Shown here one piece after another: positions 35,001 through 37,800 of a DNA stretch of 37,800 bases. How positions within the stretch are numbered: position 1 is the stretch's first letter; each line of letters starts with the position of its first letter. The stretch lies in IMG/VR virus record IMGVR_UViG_3300030372_001522, positions 1-37,800 of that record. The stretch is one strand, 5' to 3'. This DNA is from a virus (Duplodnaviria > Caudoviricetes). The position numbers and the translations under genes were made by a program. The notes beneath the pieces are model-generated. The model was given only the letters and a program-made list of their open reading frames with translations. It was not told the origin of the DNA and ran no database searches.

Positions 35001-35843
35001 AGTGGTATTATTAGTGCCAAAAATAAGATTAGCATTCTCTCTATTCCAAACATACCCATCAGCACCATTTACCCCAAATTCCATTCCATCACTAGAGCCA
35101 CTACCAGTTGAAGTATTAGTTACATGAATAAAATTAGCACTAGTTGTAGCTTTATGAATGTGCAATGGTTGTTCTGGCGAGGATGTGCCTATACCGACAT
35201 TACCACTTTCGTTAAGTACCATTAACATAACAGGGCTCGATGTAACATCACTAGCAGATGGAGCATACCCAAACCAAAGATTATCCTCATTTCGAACAAT
35301 CATATTTGCTGTTCCATCATTATTTTCTTCAAGAACAATACATCCATCCCATCCAGTATTTTGAGATTTTATGTGTAAGGGAGAATCTGGCGAGGTTGTG
35401 CCTATACCAACATTGCCACCACTAAAATGACTATTACCATTAGTATTTATAACAACTTTTTCAGTATGAGATGCGTTGTATCCAATAATAAGACCATCAC
35501 CAATACTATTTTTATAGAACCCAGCTAAATTTCCACCACCTGCATCTTGAGCTACTATTATAAAATCGTTTGCATCTGATTGAACTTTAAGACCACCTTG
35601 TACAATCTCATCAAAATTACCATTAGAACTACTACCTTCAACAGTTAAGTCACCACTTATAGTAACGTCACCAGATATTGTACCACCTACTAGTGACACG
35701 TTTAATCTACTGTTTGTAGTATCTAATACTGCGTTTAATGCTTCTTGAGATGTGTGTGAAAATGCGGCAACTGAATTGCCTGAAGAATCTAGAAGTACTT
35801 TATTTAATACTTCTTTTGTTGTAAATTTATGTAAGCTAGCCAT
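32085..35843 (-). CDS. Long tail fibre with YadA-like beta-roll repeats and C-terminal S74 intramolecular chaperone
   Basis: Three GNxGIGTxSP modules, many NTAIG/NVAIG ~14-aa repeats, SDGRLKEN...GIIAQE...LVNAVQEL. Confidence 0.92.
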   Translation of the reverse strand: MASLHKFTTKEVLNKVLLDSSGNSVAAFSHTSQEALNAVLDTTNSRLNVSLVGGTISGDVTISGDLTVEGSSSNGNFDEIVQGGLKVQSDANDFIIVAQDAGGGNLAGFYKNSIGDGLIIGYNASHTEKVVINTNGNSHFSGGNVGIGTTSPDSPLHIKSQNTGWDGCIVLEENNDGTANMIVRNEDNLWFGYAPSASDVTSSPVMLMVLNESGNVGIGTSSPEQPLHIHKATTSANFIHVTNTSTGSGSSDGMEFGVNGADGYVWNRENANLIFGTNNTTRMYISSAGKIGIGTTSPNAKLEINGGGYSDSLIIKGGASNSGIALKDSDGNTDGFVYADSGNVGFLDADGDWAIRASANTDARFYVAGLVRFMVDANSRISLSNNDSNTGNTVFGKSAFNASSDNASDYNVAIGELAMGNGTVSGAIRNIAIGYKAGRSITSGDENIVIGYEGAEGITTGSNNIIIGNNPIQSNVDNNTGLGHNVFKEGTANNMVGIGYKALGVGTLTTGANGSVGVGYEALKNLTSGSGNTAIGYQSLYAVTTGGNNVAIGAKAGSTQTDANFNTYIGKDAGLNATGSNNTVVGAVAFDAGSLSGSQNVVVGTSGMGSATGAINKCTAIGEGALAGSLTTSGGDPSGTVAVGYQSLVALTTGAGNTALGYEALKTAATEAQSVAIGYQSMAIAANSSNNVMVGYKSGYDLSQGSDNNTGIGHEALSGTHGVGASEKNTAIGSGSMAGAIDGGARNTAIGVYSLKALTSGDNNTAIGCDSLSGVTTGVDNTAIGKNSMKAIIAGAYNIAIGSNAMADYKGDDGNNAGSKNIAIGVSAMEAFQGGTGDVHANTRFDRNIALGYNSFRGTDFNNAEVVVTDNIAIGDEALNSTGANGQVGTIAIGSNALTALTTGTRTTAIGYGAGKALTNCNNNTLLGYETLMTADSGEGNNVVLGASAGKLINNSSSDNNIIIGFEAGSGGTGAMAGCVVVGRDAMKATGSNAQTGTVAIGYETLIALTSGGYNTAIGYQSGLDMTTGNNNTLLGWQTGANIVDGHSNVAIGSNALDAVTSGHSNVGVGRGSGGSIQGGVRNSSLGYNSGDVLVAGEDNTILGYNADASGSSGSHQIVIGSGATGVGDNTAIIGGSNVTDVYMGDNGSAWSTTSDGRLKENVEDWDVGLDAINNLRIVSYNFKKDNPYKYDSDKKRQGIIAQEAQKVLPEMIKDDGEWLSANQEPMIWALVNAVQELSAEVKQLKKQLEDK
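35323..35394. repeat. 72-bp exact direct repeat, copy 2
   Basis: Identical to positions 1-72. Confidence 0.95.
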
Positions 35844-35891
35844 TATTGACTCCTACTTATTCCGCCACCACCGCCACTAAGGCATTATTTA

Positions 35892-36323
35892 TTATCTAAA
35901 ATTAGCCGGAACTACTGCTCTAGTGCCTCCAGTTTTATTTCTTTTTCTCATTCCGAATCTTGCAACGGAATCTTTAAAATTCTTTTCATGCATAGCCGCC
36001 ATTTGCATAGCTGTTTGAACAATACCCGGTTCTAAAACCCTGCCAGCTTTATCCATATATAAACATTTTTTAACAAAGTCAACTACTGCCTTATGTAAAC
36101 TATTATCTAAATCTATATCATCATTAATATTTCTAACTTTATTAGGGTCTCCATAAAAATGAATTAACAACCCATCAGTAACAGATTCAGATATAGCTTT
36201 AAAATTTTTACGTGGTACAGTTCTTATGCCACCAGCTGTATCAATATTAGTTATTAAAGCTAATTTGTCACCTTGAATAAAATATCTAGCTGAAGAATCT
36301 GGGTATTTTATATTACTTGCCAT
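35892..36323 (-). CDS. Virion protein resembling the C-terminal half of a head-tail adaptor
   Basis: IDLDNSLHKAVVDFVKKCLY helix motif. Confidence 0.5.
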   Translation of the reverse strand: MASNIKYPDSSARYFIQGDKLALITNIDTAGGIRTVPRKNFKAISESVTDGLLIHFYGDPNKVRNINDDIDLDNSLHKAVVDFVKKCLYMDKAGRVLEPGIVQTAMQMAAMHEKNFKDSVARFGMRKRNKTGGTRAVVPANFR

Positions 36324-36682
36324 TACTTACTATCTGGTTCTGTTATTGCAACCTCATTTGAGTCTGCATCCATTAATAAAATGTTTTTATCTAATAGTCT
36401 TGGGATTTGAATATAATCGCCTTCACTATCCATTAAATCTACTCTAAAAATCTTATTAGCTTCAAGTTTATTTCCACTAGAATCTTCTGCATCATCACCT
36501 ATTTTATAAAACATTTGGTCTGCTACTGTACTTATCTTAGCTTGAATTTGTTTTGTACTATATACACCAATCTCAACTAATGCATCATTAACCAAACTAA
36601 TTAAATAACTTTCAGGTACATTTGGAAAGACTTGACGAACCATACTTAAAATATTTTTTACGTTTAATTTATGTACTGCCAT
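36323..36682 (-). CDS. Virion protein resembling the N-terminal half of a head-tail adaptor
   Basis: LISLVNDALVEI...TVADQMFY motif. Confidence 0.5.
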   Translation of the reverse strand: MAVHKLNVKNILSMVRQVFPNVPESYLISLVNDALVEIGVYSTKQIQAKISTVADQMFYKIGDDAEDSSGNKLEANKIFRVDLMDSEGDYIQIPRLLDKNILLMDADSNEVAITEPDSK

Positions 36683-36684
36683 TA

Positions 36685-37281
36685 TTATCCACCTTTTGTT
36701 AACCTAGATAAACCAACTTTATAATCTTCTTTTAATTGACTTATAATTGGTATATATAATTCTATATCTTCAGAGTCACTATATAATGCTTCTAAGCTTT
36801 TAATTGCAGCATAAATAACAACTAAATATTCTGCTTCATCTGGAAATACTGATATATTACTAGCATTATAAGCAACAGCTGGATGTTGAACTTCTGAATA
36901 TGTAACAGCACCACTAACAGGTATAACATCTATAGTATTGTTTTCAATAAAATATACTGGGTCTGTTACAGATGCATAATCCATATCATCTGAATCTAAA
37001 ACTCTACCTTTGTAAGAACTATCTATTTGCCTACAAGGTTGTTTAATATCACCATCGTTTCTAAATACATTTAATACCTTGCCAGTATTTAATGTATCTG
37101 GTGTTCCTGAAGTAAATGATTGCTCTGCTGAACAAAGTGGTAATAAATGTTTAGGAAGATGATTTATAATTTCTTTTGCACCATCTGTAAGATATTGAGT
37201 TAATTGTGCCTGAGTAGGAACAGTGCCACTACTACTTATAGCAATAGAAGCTAATGATTCTACTTGTGCTTCAAAATCCAT
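36685..37281 (-). CDS. Adaptor/ring-like virion protein
   Basis: QLTQYLTDGAKEI...FPDEAEYLVVIYAA pattern. Confidence 0.5.
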   Translation of the reverse strand: MDFEAQVESLASIAISSSGTVPTQAQLTQYLTDGAKEIINHLPKHLLPLCSAEQSFTSGTPDTLNTGKVLNVFRNDGDIKQPCRQIDSSYKGRVLDSDDMDYASVTDPVYFIENNTIDVIPVSGAVTYSEVQHPAVAYNASNISVFPDEAEYLVVIYAAIKSLEALYSDSEDIELYIPIISQLKEDYKVGLSRLTKGG

Positions 37282-37727
37282 TATGCACTCGCTATAAAGA
37301 CTTCAACACTAACTGCATTACCACCGGGATTAACCTGTATGCTTGTCACATCAGCCATTGTACCAAAACTAGGACTAGTATCTGCTTCAGATAACATTAA
37401 AGCATCAGCACTACCTAATATATGACTTTGACCAGCACTTAACTTTACTTGATATAAAGTAGCTGCTCCTACAATAGCTATTTCAACAGCATTAGAACTA
37501 TCTAAATTAGTTATTCTCATATACTTTGAATCTTGAACATCAATAGCACCAGCTGAATCATTTACATTACCAGCAAATACTGCAACTGTTGTTGTTTGGC
37601 TAGCTGGACAAGTAACAAGTCTTTTGTATATTTCATTAATACTAGATATTTCTAATGTTCTTTTAGAACCATAATCTTGGTTTTCAAGTATTACATCTTC
37701 TTGTATTTTAACTTTTAATGTAGCCAT
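37281..37727 (-). CDS. Beta-rich hypothetical virion protein
   Basis: 148 aa; YMRITNLD motif; coupled to its neighbours. Confidence 0.65.
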   Translation of the reverse strand: MATLKVKIQEDVILENQDYGSKRTLEISSINEIYKRLVTCPASQTTTVAVFAGNVNDSAGAIDVQDSKYMRITNLDSSNAVEIAIVGAATLYQVKLSAGQSHILGSADALMLSEADTSPSFGTMADVTSIQVNPGGNAVSVEVFIASA

Positions 37728-37729
37728 TA

Positions 37730-37800
37730 TTACCTACTTTGTAATTGTTTATTTCTTTGTTTTATATCTTCATCTATTGTTGTTGTAGAAAATTCAATAT
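37730..37800 (-). CDS. 3' end of a hypothetical gene entering from the window edge
   Basis: Open frame ...IEFSTTTIDEDIKQRNKQLQSR*. Confidence 0.5.
   Translation of the reverse strand, partial: IEFSTTTIDEDIKQRNKQLQSR

Noticed and set aside
21674-35364. Plus-strand ORFs within the late operon (e.g. 21674, 21950, 24364, 24601, 26685, 32800, 34324, 35158)
   Set aside because: Antisense shadows of well-supported minus-strand structural genes.
34950-35417. Invertase-driven shufflon
   Set aside because: All motif copies are in the same orientation within coding sequence, and no serine or tyrosine recombinase is seen.

Overview
This AT-rich window (about 30% GC by eye) is most of the genome of a tailed dsDNA phage with a siphovirus-like tail. 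No integrase, DNA polymerase, tRNA or CRISPR array was found. Minus strand, left: scaffold, major capsid and a truncated second tail fibre. Plus strand: terminase large subunit, portal and head morphogenesis genes. Next come a convergent small terminase, an ~800 bp promoter-rich non-coding region, and a plus-strand early/replication operon (C5 methyltransferase, HTH initiator with iteron-like repeats, primase-helicase, metallophosphoesterase, SSB-, NinG- and NinB-like proteins). A long minus-strand late operon follows: adaptor-like proteins, S74-chaperone tail fibre, a type IV pilin-like protein, lysis genes, tail tube, chaperones with a -1 frameshift, tape measure and tail tip. The standout signal is two complete, sequence-divergent type I hammerhead ribozymes (8475-8530 and 9125-9183). 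They fill the first two intergenic gaps of the early operon and exactly bracket one 191-aa gene, so self-cleavage would excise a 652-nt monocistronic RNA with 5'-OH and 2',3'-cyclic phosphate ends. Also notable are a nucleotide-conserved GGCACAnnCTCGCC motif at all five GNxGIGTxSP module junctions of the two tail fibres, with a 72-bp identical segment starting at that motif, and a phage-encoded pilin.
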